From the NCBI GenBank assembly GCA_010909165.1, contig MU008172.1, positions 620,001 through 684,000 on the forward strand: a DNA stretch of 64,000 nucleotides, given 5' to 3'. Both the position numbers and the translations under genes were made by a program. The stretch comes from Anthoceros angustus. Taxonomy: Eukaryota > Plantae > Anthocerotophyta. The notes beneath the pieces are model-generated. The model did not search any database. It saw only the letters and a list, made by a program, of their open reading frames with translations, and was not told where the DNA came from. Positions 13,464 to 27,200 of the stretch are shown here, piece after piece (within the stretch, counting starts at the first letter, position 1; every line of letters begins with the position of its first letter).

Positions 13464-13669
13464 TTCTATGCAATGCCATGGTTCTGTATAACCCGCGTTG
13501 AGCACATGGATGGAACTAGCAAGAGTAACAAGAGATCAAAGGAAATTGCCATTTGTGATGGACGATGCTTGTCGTGAGATGAAAGGCACCTGGTCTTAGT
13601 AAAATCAATTAGCAAATTGAGACCAGATTTTGGTTCCCTACGAAGCGAAGTTGCTCGCCAGTCTGATGA

Positions 13670-16600
13670 TCAGCAGCTGCTGATCGTTGACAAAAACCTC
13701 GCTGCACATTTGCTATCCATGTCCAGAACACAGTCTCTTTCGACATAATGCACCCACAAGGCATCCCTTGGAGACTTTGGGGGGGGTAGAATCTCCTCAA
13801 GTTGAGAGAATTCTTCCCTATTAAGCGGGAGCGAGGGACAACTCCTTTCAGAAGCCCCATACGCCACGTCGGCCACAAGGATCCATACAAGGTCTCCATC
13901 AATTTGTGACAACGCGACCAAGGCTTCACTCACTTTGTCATGCATGCTCGGGACCACACAGCCGAGCCCTAAGATCCATGACGCCAGAATCCCAACGAGC
14001 CCCTCCAAAGCCGGTGCACTCTTCTTCCTCCCAGCTATCAACGTTACACACTGCAGCACAGCTTCCTGCACTTGAGCAATCTCTGCTGATGAAGAACGAT
14101 GTTCTCGCCCTCTAGGATCCCCTTGGACATTCCTCTTTGTCAAAACGCTCTCACTGGACCTGTAAAGCACCATGCTTGATCCTGCACCAGTGAGAGGTTG
14201 ATTGTGAAGAAGCTTTATCATTAAGGGCAGAGCATCCTTCTTCATTCGACGTGCAAAAAACTCCCCTCCACATTGATATGTTGCAGTGGTTATAGCTGCC
14301 AGCGCCCTAATCACAACCTGTCAACAACAAGTATTATGAGTACAAACCACGAGACTTTGCAGCTGTTCATCCAACTCGATGCAGCAACACGCTTACCGAA
14401 GATTTCCTATGCTGCAAAGTAGTTACTAGATGAGGCCAAAGACGATGCATAGTTGGTAGTAGTTTCTTCCCAACGTTGTCGGATTCATGGTTTGCTTCAG
14501 GCACGCTCCGGTGCTCTGTGATGTACTGCTTAGTTGATTTATCAACGCCTTCTATTGCCTCAAAGCCAGCCAACGAGGATATGCCATACTGCAGGCAATG
14601 GCACCCAACAAAGATGGCCTAGCGTTAGCGGAGCTGGTAGAACAAACATGCAACGCAGAGACAGTCAGCCTACTAGACTAAGTTACCAGCATTTTTCTTG
14701 AACGTGATACACAAAGAGTACACCCACCTCCACCGTGTCAAGAGCAAGGAGGCATATTTGCTGTTCCTTTGATGCAAGAAGTGGAGCACATGTCAAAATA
14801 CATGAAGCTGCAATAGAGCCAATACAACGGCAAGATTTCTCTCTTTCCTCCAGCTCAACCACTGCTTCATCAAGTGCTTGGTTTCTTTCCTTGACGGACA
14901 ATCGTGATGCCTCAAGAACCCTTTGAGCACACCCTGCAGCTCTGGAGGCCGCTAAAAGACCTTCCTCTTGTGCTGCCTTACTTATTTCCCGTAGACCCTG
15001 GACATCAAATCAGACTTCGAGTCATGGAAACCAGTCGTCAGACAGCCCCGACATTGATAAGAAACACGTACCCGTAGCAATGGCACAGTATACTGTGGAT
15101 GCTGCTGTCTCGCAGGAATCTCCAGTTCAAGTTGGACACTTCGCATCTGACAGGCAATGAACCAAACGCAGGTCAAATGAATTATCAGGCCAACATGTAG
15201 GATATTTGGAATGAACAGGAAAATTCAGGGAAAGGCTACATACAGGTTCCTCAAGAAGTGGCAAAAGATCAGGGGCTGCGCCAGTGTGACGAAGAATGGC
15301 TGCCAAAAGGTTTGGAGCATTGGGATACAAAGTAAAATGCCTTAGTTGCCGGCATAAGGAGTCTATAATGTGGTCCGCATTTACCTTTACAAGAGCCTTG
15401 ACCTACATACGTAAGACCACTGTTCAGAGAAAAGTTTGGGCACAAGTGACAAAATAGAAATATGTGTACCAAGATGAAACCCAGATATACCGAGCTATAT
15501 CCACACTGCATACAGATTGTCCGTAGAACAACATCTGCAGCATTGCTGACATTATAGGAGCCACAGCCGAGCCTCTCCAACAAAGCATACAACACCAATC
15601 CTAGAAAACCGTTGTCATCGAACAATCTTCCCAAAGAAAGCACAAATACCCCCAATCCTTCTACTAGAACCTGCCAAAATAGTCACCTACACAGGATTAG
15701 CATGCACTGAATCTTCTACCATAGAGATTGACGTCAAGACACACATGACAAACACTGCACAGAAAGAGGCAAGTACCTGCTGTAACATTCGAATGTCTTC
15801 GATGAGGCTTAAAGGAGTACCACCATTTTCATCCCCAACACTCACATGACTGAAAGGGTCCCATATCTCAGAAACCATGTAGTCATGGATAACATCCCCC
15901 ACCAAATTGACAATCGCATTCCTTGCAAGATCACGGTCGATTTGTCCCCAATCCTCAAATTGGTAGTGCACAACTGGGGGAATTGTGTTTCCAGTGCTGC
16001 AACGCCGACCCTGGCCAAATAGAGATTCTTCACTTGGTACAGAATGCCCAAACATTGCAAAGAGGGCATCAGTCCAGGCTCCGGAGGCCCCATATATGAT
16101 TTCATTCAGTAGGACAACTGCTGTGGCAGCTGTCCGAACATGATGACCAGCTCCAAACATTGCACCTGGCCTTGTCTGTGCAATCACGTTCCTGCTGTAA
16201 GATTCTCGAGCAATTTGTCGAAGAATGTCTAGAAGAGGCTCCACGAGCTTCAAAACAGCCACTCCATCTGACATTCCTGTTGAGATCAGACAATTCTATG
16301 AGACGGATATACAGAAAATTAGACGAGCATGCACTACACCCAAAGCTGGACTCAAAAAATGTTGACTAACCTTTGGCAGCAGAAAGGCCAGCAAGTCTGA
16401 GGATATACGAAACATTTATATACAATGAGTTGCTGCCCGCACGGACTAGCCATGGAGGCATTCTAGGTAGCCTGTCTACTGAAGACACATCTTCAACAGA
16501 CTGCATTGTTGGCAACTGCTTCGGACTTATGTCTTCTATTAGGGGCGGATGCACATTACTTAACGAAGAACCCACATGTGCATGGTCTACTGTAACAAGG

Positions 16601-19480
16601 TGGCTGAACGACCCCAACACAGCTGTACTGAAGCTAAAACACTGAGTCATGACATCGAGAAAGCGTGCAATTAACACCTACATTCAGAATCAAAGTGAGG
16701 GATGTCAGGGGTCACTGGAGAATCTATCAGAACCCGATGTACGATACTTGGATGTAAGCTCACCGGTGAATTCAGCAACTCCAGTGAAACAGTGTCAGGT
16801 CCGGCAAAGAACATAGCTGCAGCCAACTGGCGTGCATGGAGGACTGCAACCTTCTCATCTGATGAATACAAAGATCTTGGAAGTTTATCTACCAGCCTGT
16901 TTTAATATGAAGAAAGCCATCAGGTCGGACGCATTAGGAGACACAGATCTACCATGAATTTCTAATGCACTAAAGAAAGTTACAGAAAGAGCATAACATT
17001 CACCACAGCGATCGATCCTGCTGCACTTTAGAACTAAGACGAATCCTAGATCAGAGTTATCGCAAAGAATGCAGTACCTTCCCATCAAGTCGATAAGACC
17101 GACCCTCAGCAAATCTAAACTCATATCCTCCAAGCCGTCCTCTTCTCTGGGCAAATGGCTTGGCATTGTGTGGTAAGACACTGATACCAACGCCGCAAGA
17201 TGAGCACAAGCCGAACAAGCTACTTGCTTCCAATCATCACAAGCCAATGACAACAAGCATTCCTGCACAAGATTGCTGCTCTTTAGTGGTTCTGCAATAT
17301 GGCTTGCAGAGGACAGGAATCAGTGCAGTTTTATCACAAAAAAATTTAATCCCAGTCGAATAAATCTCCTGATTTTCTGCACCACCTCAAATTGCATGCA
17401 CAAAGCAAACCCAACCATCAAACCACAGTACTCATACCAGCAGCAATTGTGTGCAGTTTGCCAAAGTCCTTGTACAGGCCTTGAGAAAAAGAGATGTGAC
17501 ATCAACCACCGCGAGCCTGATAGCAGGTGCTGGATGCGCACATAACTAGAGTTACATGTGCATGACAAACAGTCAGATGTTGTGTAAATCACCGATTTCT
17601 GTGCTGTTCATGATACTTAGTGCAAACCATCCAAAGCTATAGGTGAAAAAGCTCACCAATGGCAAAACTCTTGTTAGGAGTTTGTTAATATTGCCCGCAG
17701 TCGACTGCACCCATTCTTTGTCTCTCTCCAGACGAAAGTCAGCCACATCGGGATTTATAAGTACCTCTGAGGCAGATGCCCCAGTTGCTTGTTGCTTCTG
17801 TCTGCCTTCGATCCCTGAAGCCTCAGAAGTTGATTCCGTCATAATAGCTGCAGATCTGCTTTCCGATTCAGATCCTTTCTGAAGAGAGACAGACACTGCA
17901 CGCAGCCTTTCCAAGGCAACATCAATAGAGAGCAGACTGTTCGACGATTCTACACTTTGTGCCTGATTGGACAAGCCGTCCTGAGAGGTAGCACTATTTT
18001 GGGCATCTCCCAACACAAACACAAAAATCTCAGCCATGGCCCTGAGTGATTCCTCCAGTGCAACTGGACTTCCAGCAGCACCTAAGGTATAAGACGGGAT
18101 GGAACTTGCACTATGTTTCTTTGCAATTCTCATGCCCTTTACAAGACTGCTTGCCACCCCTGGCAAGAAGAAGGAGAGAGCATCTGCAGAACCAACCTGT
18201 GAAGAGGTCATTAACTAAGTGCTTTGTAGCCTGAATTGCCCATTCACTGCCAAAAGCTCTGCTTCACCCAAGCACACACCTTCCACAAAAGAGCACGAAG
18301 AGTGGATAATGCATCACCACGCAGCTTGGAGCTGCCCAATGCTCCACGAACAGCTTCTGCTTCAGAGATCTGTTCAAACGGCAAGATCAGCTTGCATAAA
18401 ACCACGGACCTTACCAGGGATAATAGATAAGGAAAAGAAAAATGCCGTCTAAAACCTTCAGGAGCAAATCGAGCATATATCCAATAGTGGGAGCCATTTC
18501 CTCTGAGTGGAACGAAGCCAAGAGACAACCATTCACTATTTGAGAGTCCCCTGCTTCAGCAACTTTCCTGGAGGCCATCGCCACATACTGGACGTAAAAT
18601 TGAGGCCTGTCACTGTAAAGTGGCGGCGTTGACAGAAGGTGGCAAACACATCGTGAGTCCCTACATGGCTTGAGTGATAAGAAGCTTGCGCATAGGCACT
18701 TGACCACACCATGTCTAAATTCCTCAGATGCTTGAGATGGCAAAAGCGCAGCAGCTGCAGATAATTTTCTCAGCACTGTTGTCATCTGATCAAACACAGC
18801 CGAAAATTTGAGAAAGATCCTCATCAAAAAACCATTTGGGTGCCTGAAAGAATGAAGAACCTGATTTTGGCCCAACGCCTGTATTCATACTCGTTTAAAA
18901 ACAGAAAGCGAGCCGGTGCCCAGTGCCACCAACCTGGTCATGAGTTTGTAAAGGGCATCTCCGCAGCAGCACCTCCAAGCATGATAACACACCTTCGGCC
19001 GTTGTATCGCGTATTAAATTGACAGTGGCGTCGCCGGCAGATGATCTGGAAGCCACTGCCGCGTCCAACAGCAGAAACAAGGGGAAGAGTACGTATCTGA
19101 AGACCAGACGCACCCAGAAGAAGCAGACAAATTTGAGCAGGGGAAGAGCAGATTGCCCCGACAATCCAACAAGCAGAATCGAAGGCAAAAACGAGGTTGA
19201 GGCCATACTCCATGCAGGGTTGCAACCCAGAGACTGGCACGTCCGTGAGCAGTGACTCGAGGGAGTGCAGCAGGTCGGACGGTGATGCCACTGCACCGGT
19301 GGGGATGTGAAGCAGCTGCGTGCACAGCGGGCGAAGCAATTGGAAGGTGCGGCGAGCATCATCCTCATGATCATTATCATCCTGGCTCCCTTGGTTGTGC
19401 TGCCGTTGCGCCCAAGTAGCGGGCAACATGGCCCTCCTCTTCCTGATGGCGGTGTCAGGATCGTTCACCGGCTCAGTCAT
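13670..19480 (-). CDS. TTI1: TELO2-interacting protein 1 (TTT complex, ARM/HEAT repeats), multi-exon
   Basis: Motifs typical of plant TTI1: FQLLRPLCTQLL, LQPCMEYVLFPLFLLLDAAV, AEGVLSCLEVLLRRC, SEEFRHGVVKC, VGSADALSFFLPGVASSL, LLECLLSLACDD, LLPTMHRLWPHLV, CGGEFFARRM. Confidence 0.85.
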
Positions 19481-19704
19481 GAGTCTATAGTGGATGAGGC
19501 ACAAATTCAAGAATTCCTGTCATCGTAATCGGCCAGGCTGCAGCTCAGTTCAGCACTGGCGGTGAAGGTGCGAAGCCAAACAGTTTAACCTAATGGTTCG
19601 TCACGCGGCGCTCTTAACGGCTGGCTTTCACGGCGGAAGGAACTTCAACCGTCGGCATTGCAGGCATCGTTTGCTGGGCTGAGCTTTCTCCTAAGCGGGC
19701 GCCT

Positions 19705-20448
19705 ATGGGGGCAGGGAAGAGGCAAGTGCCGGGGCTGGCACCCGAGGATGCCGACTTCCCAGCAGCTCTGCCTCCCAGCCCAACACGCTCATGTGCTGGC
19801 CTGGACGATGAGTTACTGGAACTTGACAACGCAGAACCAGAATCGGATCAGTTCACCTCCGCGGTATCCATGCTGAATGCCATCAATATACAAAACTACC
19901 ACCCGCATCCGCAGCCGCAGCCGCTTGGGGGCAACAGCCCACTAATCCGGGCTTCTGGCCAGGAGATTGCTGTGCGGAAGCAGGAGCACCACGGTGAGCT
20001 TGAGGAGTCCACGCCACTAGTGTTTGAGGAGTACGAAGCCAGGATTCAGGACTTGAGCAAGAAGAAGCCATCCAAGGAAAGCGTCTTCCTGAAGGCGTGC
20101 ATTACACCGGACAACATCCTGGAGCACATTCGAGATTATCTGAAGAAGCATCCCGAGCTGACATGCCTCACATTGGAGGAAACCCTCCTGGCAATGCTAC
20201 GATCTGAGAGTTACTACCCGGGGCCCCACTGGTTGGTCAGGCCAGCCAGTGAGATGGATGTGGAGAGGGCCGACGTCCTGTGGCGTTGCATGCTACATCC
20301 TTCCACCATGGAGATGGACGATGTGGAAAAGATGTTCTTTGAGGAGAAAGGAAGTGCAGAGCCGGGGCAGTGGGAAGGAGTAGTCATAGAGGCCGATTCT
20401 GCTCCGTCTTCAATGGCAGGAGCAGATCACACGCAAATCCAGATCTAG
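19705..20448 (+). CDS. Intronless hypothetical protein (247 aa), no family recognised
   Basis: A 744-bp ATG-to-TAG ORF with coding-like composition and GC similar to neighbouring exons. It lies head-to-head with TTI1, with start codons about 225 bp apart. Confidence 0.55.
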   Translation: MGAGKRQVPGLAPEDADFPAALPPSPTRSCAGLDDELLELDNAEPESDQFTSAVSMLNAINIQNYHPHPQPQPLGGNSPLIRASGQEIAVRKQEHHGELEESTPLVFEEYEARIQDLSKKKPSKESVFLKACITPDNILEHIRDYLKKHPELTCLTLEETLLAMLRSESYYPGPHWLVRPASEMDVERADVLWRCMLHPSTMEMDDVEKMFFEEKGSAEPGQWEGVVIEADSAPSSMAGADHTQIQI

Positions 20449-20646
20449 TGCAGATGCACATACATATATGAATGAGGACTTGGAGGCTGTCGGAATTTTG
20501 CTACCACAGTGCACAATATATTGAGGGGTTTCGTGCATTAGGTACACATATGTACATATGTATATGTAACGGGTTACCAACGCACTACGGAACGGCTTTC
20601 ACAACGGCTTTTGATACATAAAAAACTAAAACCTAGAAAATGGATA

Positions 20647-20993
20647 CCGTACCCCGAGGGGTGGTTCAACAGGATAATGCCGAAATAATTATTTTTTGAA
20701 AAAAACAAGGTTCAACATAAATATTTATATTTTTCAAAATTTCAACATTTATAAAAAATAATTTTATCAAATTTCAACATTTATTAAAATATATAGGTAT
20801 ATATATAAAAACTAATGGATATGTATAGATCTCCCTAAATAGGCCTAATTTTCCACACAAACCCTAGTTTCCTTATTTTTGATCATAAACTCATAAATTT
20901 TTACCTATTCAACATTTTAAGTATAATAATTTCTGAATTTTCAACTTTTACTAATTTTAATTAATTAACGCCGAATCACCCCTTGGGGTACGG
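20647..20993. mobile_element. MITE copy 2 (inverted relative to 9491-9839)
   Basis: TA|CCGTACCCCGAGGGGTG...CACCCCTTGGGGTACGG|TA. The interior is the reverse complement of copy 1 with scattered substitutions. Confidence 0.88.
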
Positions 20994-21058
20994 TAGTCAC
21001 CTAGTAATGTCATGGGGGAAAGCATAACACCTAACCTGGATATGACTACGGTTAGTAT

Positions 21059-21332
21059 AATGTGGAGACTTTATAAAAGGAAAGAGATCGGAAATCCCAT
21101 CTACCGGCTAGTCCCTTGGCCTAGATTATGACATCATGGGAGTAGGTAGCTTCATAGTAGACATTCGGGGCTAGTCCCTTGGCCTAGATTATGACATCAT
21201 GGGAGCAGTAGGTAGCTTCATAGTAGACATTCGGGGCTAGTCCCTTGGCCTAGGCCCTCTAGAGGGTTGTTCCTTATCACCGCGGTGTAGATGGGACTTC
21301 CTATATCTGCATATTTTTAAAGTCTCCACGTT
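21059..21332. repeat. Fold-back structure enclosing 63/66-bp tandem units; member of a dispersed repeat family
   Basis: Imperfect inverted arms at 21059-21104 and 21287-21332. GGCTAGTCCCTTGGCCTAG units start at 21106, 21169 and 21235. The segment is homologous to 58915-59048. Confidence 0.7.
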
Positions 21333-21662
21333 TATTTATATATTATAAGGTATGGGAATTTGTTACTTATTCAAGAGGAACTTGGGCTAACATATCGAGG
21401 TGTGTCTGCCCTTCAACGAGTGATTGTAAGGAAGATGTCCACACATAATGAGTTCATTGGTACTCCACAGTTAAACGTCCAAAGCAATGTTTGGACGGGA
21501 TGTCATCCGCCCTCTTGGATGGGGTACCATTCGTCCCAAGCTTCATGTCCTATGAGGCCTCATATGCCTAACGTATGCCTTCGAAACTTTTATGTATATT
21601 TTAAGATATATATATATAACTTTTAAATATTATCTATATAGTATAAAATACACCTGGTTTGA

Positions 21663-21965
21663 CCAAAAAATATCTATAGAGTCTCCTAACTTACTATAGG
21701 AAGTAATAGAAAAATATACTGAGGCCCATGTTAGGGTCGGGTTTGACCCAAAAAAAAAGACCTCGTTGAAGGGTATGGTCTATAAAGTCTCCGAATCCAC
21801 TAAAAAACTAATAACACCAAAAAATATCTATAACGTCTCCAAATTTACTAAATAATAAAAAAAAATAGACCGAGGCCCCTGTTAAGGGTGGAGTCTGACC
21901 GAAAGAACCCCAGTTGAAGGGCCAGGGTATATAAAGTCTCTGAATTCACTAAAAACATTTATAAC
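21663..21965. repeat. Diverged tandem duplication of ~150-bp units
   Basis: CCAAAAAATATCTATA...GAGGCCC.TGTTA.GG...GTTGAAGGG...TATAAAGTCTC.GAAT.CACTAAAAA occurs twice in succession. Confidence 0.65.
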
Positions 21966-23994
21966 AATGTCTAACAAAAAATACCCATGACGCCAACCCT
22001 TTAGGGTTTGCTGCAGAGTGGGGTTCACAACGGGCCCTTATGATATTTTCAACTCACAGGTCCATCACATAATTATCTACAAAGATTTTATGTTTTCTAT
22101 TCAGTCCTTTTCTTACAACGTGAAGCACGTTTTTGAGTTTCTTGTGTGTGCATCCTAGTGGCATGACAACTCAACACATTTTCATGTCTTAGCTGATTAT
22201 TCTTGTTTTAAAATAATTTTTTTAAATTCAAATTCAATGTTCAAGTTATTCTCATTAAAATGATATTTACGGTTTCAGTATATGAATATAAATATAAAAT
22301 AAATATATGTCAATAGAAAATTGTATCATTTTCTGCTCGTCTATGATTTTTTCCGTACAAATAGTAGGTGGTATATTAAACTAGCAATGAACAAAAACCC
22401 TTCCGTAGAAGTAATACAAACGAGAGAGGAGAATGCCTAACTGCCACCAAGGCAACATCCCGCACACTTAGATCAGGGACCCAAAAACAAAACACACGCG
22501 AATTTTAGGTGTCTCATAACTGTGGTCCATCCTCATCTCATAACATAGTTAATAAATCTTTTTCAATGTCAAACTTTTATCTTGTCATAAAAACACAATA
22601 CTTAAATTGGGTTCGTATTCTACACACGGTTTTGGAATACATGGATGCCCCTTCTGGGCTAAGTATCTTCCCTCGTGTTGCTATGTGGCCTTACCTCATT
22701 TTGTTTTCTCAGCCCCCCCTGCTCCACAGTATTTTGCTACTTTGAGGTGTTATTCAAGTTTTTAGGGTTTTGGGGTACTGGATCTGATGGTTAATTGGTA
22801 TGGTTTTCTTTTCTTGTACAGGCATGTTTTATTTTTAGCTACCGAAATGACGAACTTTGATCACTCTATTGTGGATGCACATTTGCACTGGGCTTTTCTT
22901 TCTTTTTTGCATATGTTGAAGATGATGGCAGGAGTTCGTGGGTGCGGCAACCTGGTTGTGCTTACACGATACAAACTTCCGGAGCCTGGTTTCTCTAATT
23001 TAATGGATACTGAATGTAGACCTTTTGTAATCCACTTACAGCAGATTGCTGTAAATTATTAATTAGTAAACTCTTTCTCGCGAAAAAAACTCTTTTTCAA
23101 ACTCTCTGCAATAATATCGTGAGATCTTTCTTGGCTAGCTTTGGCTAGCTTTTGAAACCTTTGCATGTCTTGCATATGGCTGTGCATTCTTATGCCCTTC
23201 ACTTGCTCTTTAAGGGCCGTAAATAATTCTGCACACAACTTATGTGCTCTATCCCCATTCTTTGTTTTCCAATTACACTCCTTTTCCTAGTAAAGTAAGA
23301 CATGCTTTAAGAGTTTAACAACACTTCAGGCAGTAGCATACAAGGCTGCAAGCTGTCCACATCTAACATCCTTCTGCCGCATGAGAAAAGGAAAGAACAT
23401 AGCATATCTAACAGCTCCAGCTCCAGGTAAATTATCAGAATCATCCAAACCTCATGCAGGGGCCTGGTTACTTGAGCTGTGTGGGCTGGCTTGTCTCGCC
23501 GAGCTCCTCCATTTTGACCTCCGCATCCGTCATGTCGTCCACCACTTCTATTTGTGCTGGAGTGATCACTTGCAGTAGCACGAGAGAAAGTGTTAGCGGG
23601 CACTATATTGTCAGCCATCTCGTACACCGATTGTCACGTACCAATCGCCTTTTATGTGTTCCTCCTATTATAGCCGTTTAAGTGTAGTTAATAGTATTCA
23701 CTAGATTATACATTCCACTAATACCATCTCCTCTTTTGCACACTCAATGCATAGAAGGTGGGATAAAAATATGAGCACCACCTTCCTCCCTCCAACCTAA
23801 ATGAAGCACATCTCATGGATCTAGATTTTCTTTTGATCCTCCCTTTGCTTGTCTACCTGGCTTTTTGTTGCAACTACCATATCTGTAGGGATGCCCACGT
23901 ATTCATCTTCATATTATGATTCAACTTTGTCGTTCGAATGATGGAACTTTAAATTTCTTTGTTGATTGGCTTCTCACGATTTCATGCATGTTTG

Positions 23995-24233
23995 TAAAGA
24001 AGTTGGTAGCCTAGGATCGCATGTGTGAAGATCGTGCAAGAGGTAAGCAAGAGGGACAAGAGCAACTTGGAATCGAAAGATGATACAAATTACACACAAA
24101 GAAAGGGTCTTATACAAAAACGGTTATTGACGGTTATTAATTAACGAATAATAAAACTAAACCTAATTTAACTGTAACAAATCACCATTATGTTTTAACA
24201 CATATCTATTCCAAAATAAGCTATATTCCATTA
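23995..24233 (-). repeat. 3' LTR of the copia element
   Basis: Direct repeat of 29436-29676, differing by about 4 substitutions and one 2-bp indel. Begins and ends with TA. Confidence 0.93.
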
Positions 24234-27200
24234 CTCCCACTTAGTTGCAATTAGGAGTTAATTGATAAGCTTGAAAATATCTTGAAAATTGACTTCATAA
24301 TAGAAAGTGTACTCCCACGATATAAGAAAAGAGTTCCAGCAAGTGACGATCACATAACACAATAAGGCTTCATCCAATCACCAAGCCAGATGAAAGAGGA
24401 AATCAACTAATGAGTTGTTCCTGCTTTGCAGGTATAAATTGTAGCCCAGCTGCCAAAGTATGTTTCTCATGTACCAACTTTGGCAAAGACTTTGTCAAAA
24501 GGTCACCACATTTTCCAAGTGGCAACATAGTCCACTATTACCTCTTTACGCTCTGCTTGTCTTATAAAATGATGAGCAATCTCGATATGCTTACTTCTAG
24601 CATGAAAACGGATTCTTCGATAAAGCAATGGCCGATCGTTGTCGCACCAAAGCCGAGTTGGTCCTTCATGAAGCGCTTAAGTCCACTTAAGAAAGATCTA
24701 ATCCAAATAACCTCTCTAGCGACTTGTGTCATGGCACCATATTCGCCTTAGAGAGGAAAGACAAATAGTAGTGAGCTTTTACTTGACCAAGAGATAACGA
24801 TCCACCTAAAATGTACAGGCTGCAATACTACGCCTAGTGTCCGGGTCACCAGCCAATCGGCATCACAAAGGACATTAGCCGCAAACCATCCGTTGCTTAG
24901 AAAACGTAAACCTTTGCGTGTGTTCCTTTGAGGTACCTAAAATTCTCTTCACGCAGCCCAATGTGGCAAGCCGAGGTTCTCTAAAACTTACATTAATCGC
25001 ACGTGTGATGTCTAATCTAGTCCAACTCGATAGATAGATTAAACAACCAATGTCGGTAAGGCTTGAGTGCCATCTCGGCCTTTTCTTCTTGTTGTCGGGC
25101 ATTGTTCCTTAGATAGCTTTTCACCAGACATAGGTGTATCGGTCGTGCATCCTCCATCTTGAACCTCTTAAGTAGTTGATGTACAAAATGCTCTTGATGA
25201 ATATCAATAGTGTTATCGCAGTGTTAAAATGGAATTGAATGCCAAGAGAAAAGATAATCCCCAAATCACCATATCAAACCCAAAAGTAATCGCTTTCATT
25301 CTTGCCATAAGAGTTGGTGAAGTGCTAAATAAAATATTATCATCCACATAAAGCAGTTAAAATGATAAAATCATTGTCATCCCATAAAATATATACGCTA
25401 TCATTCAAACATGTGAAACCCAATTCTATGAGCAATGCATGAAACACTTCATTCCATGCACGGAGGACTTTTAAGACCATAAAGTGTTTTTAAAAGTTGA
25501 CATACTTTATTAGGGTCTATAATAAAACCTTCCGGTTGAGCCATGTAGATGACCTCATCTAAGGTGCCATTAAGAAAAGCGCTTTTACGTCTAATCGATG
25601 TACGAGGAGATTGTAGTGAGCAGCAAGGGCAAGGAGTATTCTTATGGAAGTAGACTTAACAACTGGGGCAAATGTTTCATTGTAGTCTAATCGCTACTTG
25701 ACTATATCCCTTTGCCACGAGGCGAGCCTTATACCTACCAACACTACCATCTGATGATTTTTTTTGAAGACCCACTTACAAGCAACCGGTTTACGACCGG
25801 AGGGAGATCTACAAGAACCCAAGTTTTATTAGAAATGAGAGATTGATATTCGACTCAATAGCCTTTGCCAAAAGGAAGCTTGGCCCTTCAATAGCTTCTC
25901 TATAGGTGGCGGTTCACCTAATGAGTCTACAACACTAAAAACAGGAGGTGGAAAAATGGTTCCTCTACAGAATACTGCAACATACATGGAGGCTCTTTCC
26001 ACTCGACCTTGGAGGACGGTGTCTAGAACGACGAGGACTTGAGGAGGCTCTTCATTGGCTTCATTAACTTCATCTGGTTCACACAATAGTGTCATTAGCC
26101 ACCTGGAAGAGCGGTGATCATCGTACCGCAACAATGGGAGTTGGAGCTACGGTGATTGAGTAAGGGCAGCCCCTCCGCCAAAGAGGAGTCATCCTCAAAA
26201 ATAGTAAAAGAAGAATCATCAAATGCAAATTCGAGAGGTGGGTCCGAAACATCAGATATAGATGCAAGAGGCATAGTTGCTCCAGGAGCGAGCTGAGCAG
26301 CATGTTCACGAAGCAAAATATCTTCGTTAAAAACCACACTGCATGAGATGGTCACCTGACGTGTAGAGGGATCAAATAACTTGTAACCCTTCACATCGTC
26401 GGAGTAGCCCACAAAAATCCTGCGAATAGCCTTCAAGTCCATCTTATGACGAGTAGCTACAAGTACATAAGCATAAGCGGTGATCCAATATAAGTGCCCA
26501 ATGCGGGCTTGTGTCCGTCCATCTCTCATAAGGAGTAGTCAAACCAAGCTCCTTAGAAGGTAGTCGGTTGAGAACATATAGTGCAGCCATCAACCTCAAC
26601 CCAATATCCACGAGAGAGACTAGCAAAAGTGAGAGATGCCAAAGTAGCCTCAGTGTCCGGTTTTCCTCTCAAAGAAAGAGTTCGGCGGAGTATACGCACG
26701 TGAGTCGGTGATGGATCCCTTCCAAGAGCAAAAGTTCAAAAGCATGGCGATGTGTATCACCATTGTCATAAAATTTTAACCTTGTGACACTGCGGTTGCA
26801 AACGCATAGGTTTGAAAACACATAAGAGCCTCGCTTTTATGTCTTAACACATAAACAATACAATAGCGGCTCCATTCATCTATGAATGTAATAAAATAAG
26901 CTCCTCCAAATGAGGTGGACATAGGGCCACAAATGTCACTATGAATAGTATCCAAAAGGGCAGGCCCTTGTTGAGTGGAGATCCGTATATGGCTTAGAAA
27001 AGGCTTTACTAAGTCGAGGCCACGTGGGTGACTAGAAGGGAGATAGGTAAGTGGATCTCAAAACTATCACCCTTTGTTAGAGATGCTAGAGAAAATTGAC
27101 GTGGGCAAGACGACAATGCCAAAGTTGCATTGAAGCTTGTCTTTGAATGGCACAGATCGAGTGGGTTGAGGTTGCACTATCGATTTGACATCTAATAAAT

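Noticed and set aside
21200-21225. GGAGCAGTAGGTAGCT resembling a tRNA D-loop
   Set aside because: No convincing B box or cloverleaf follows, so it is not called as tRNA-derived.
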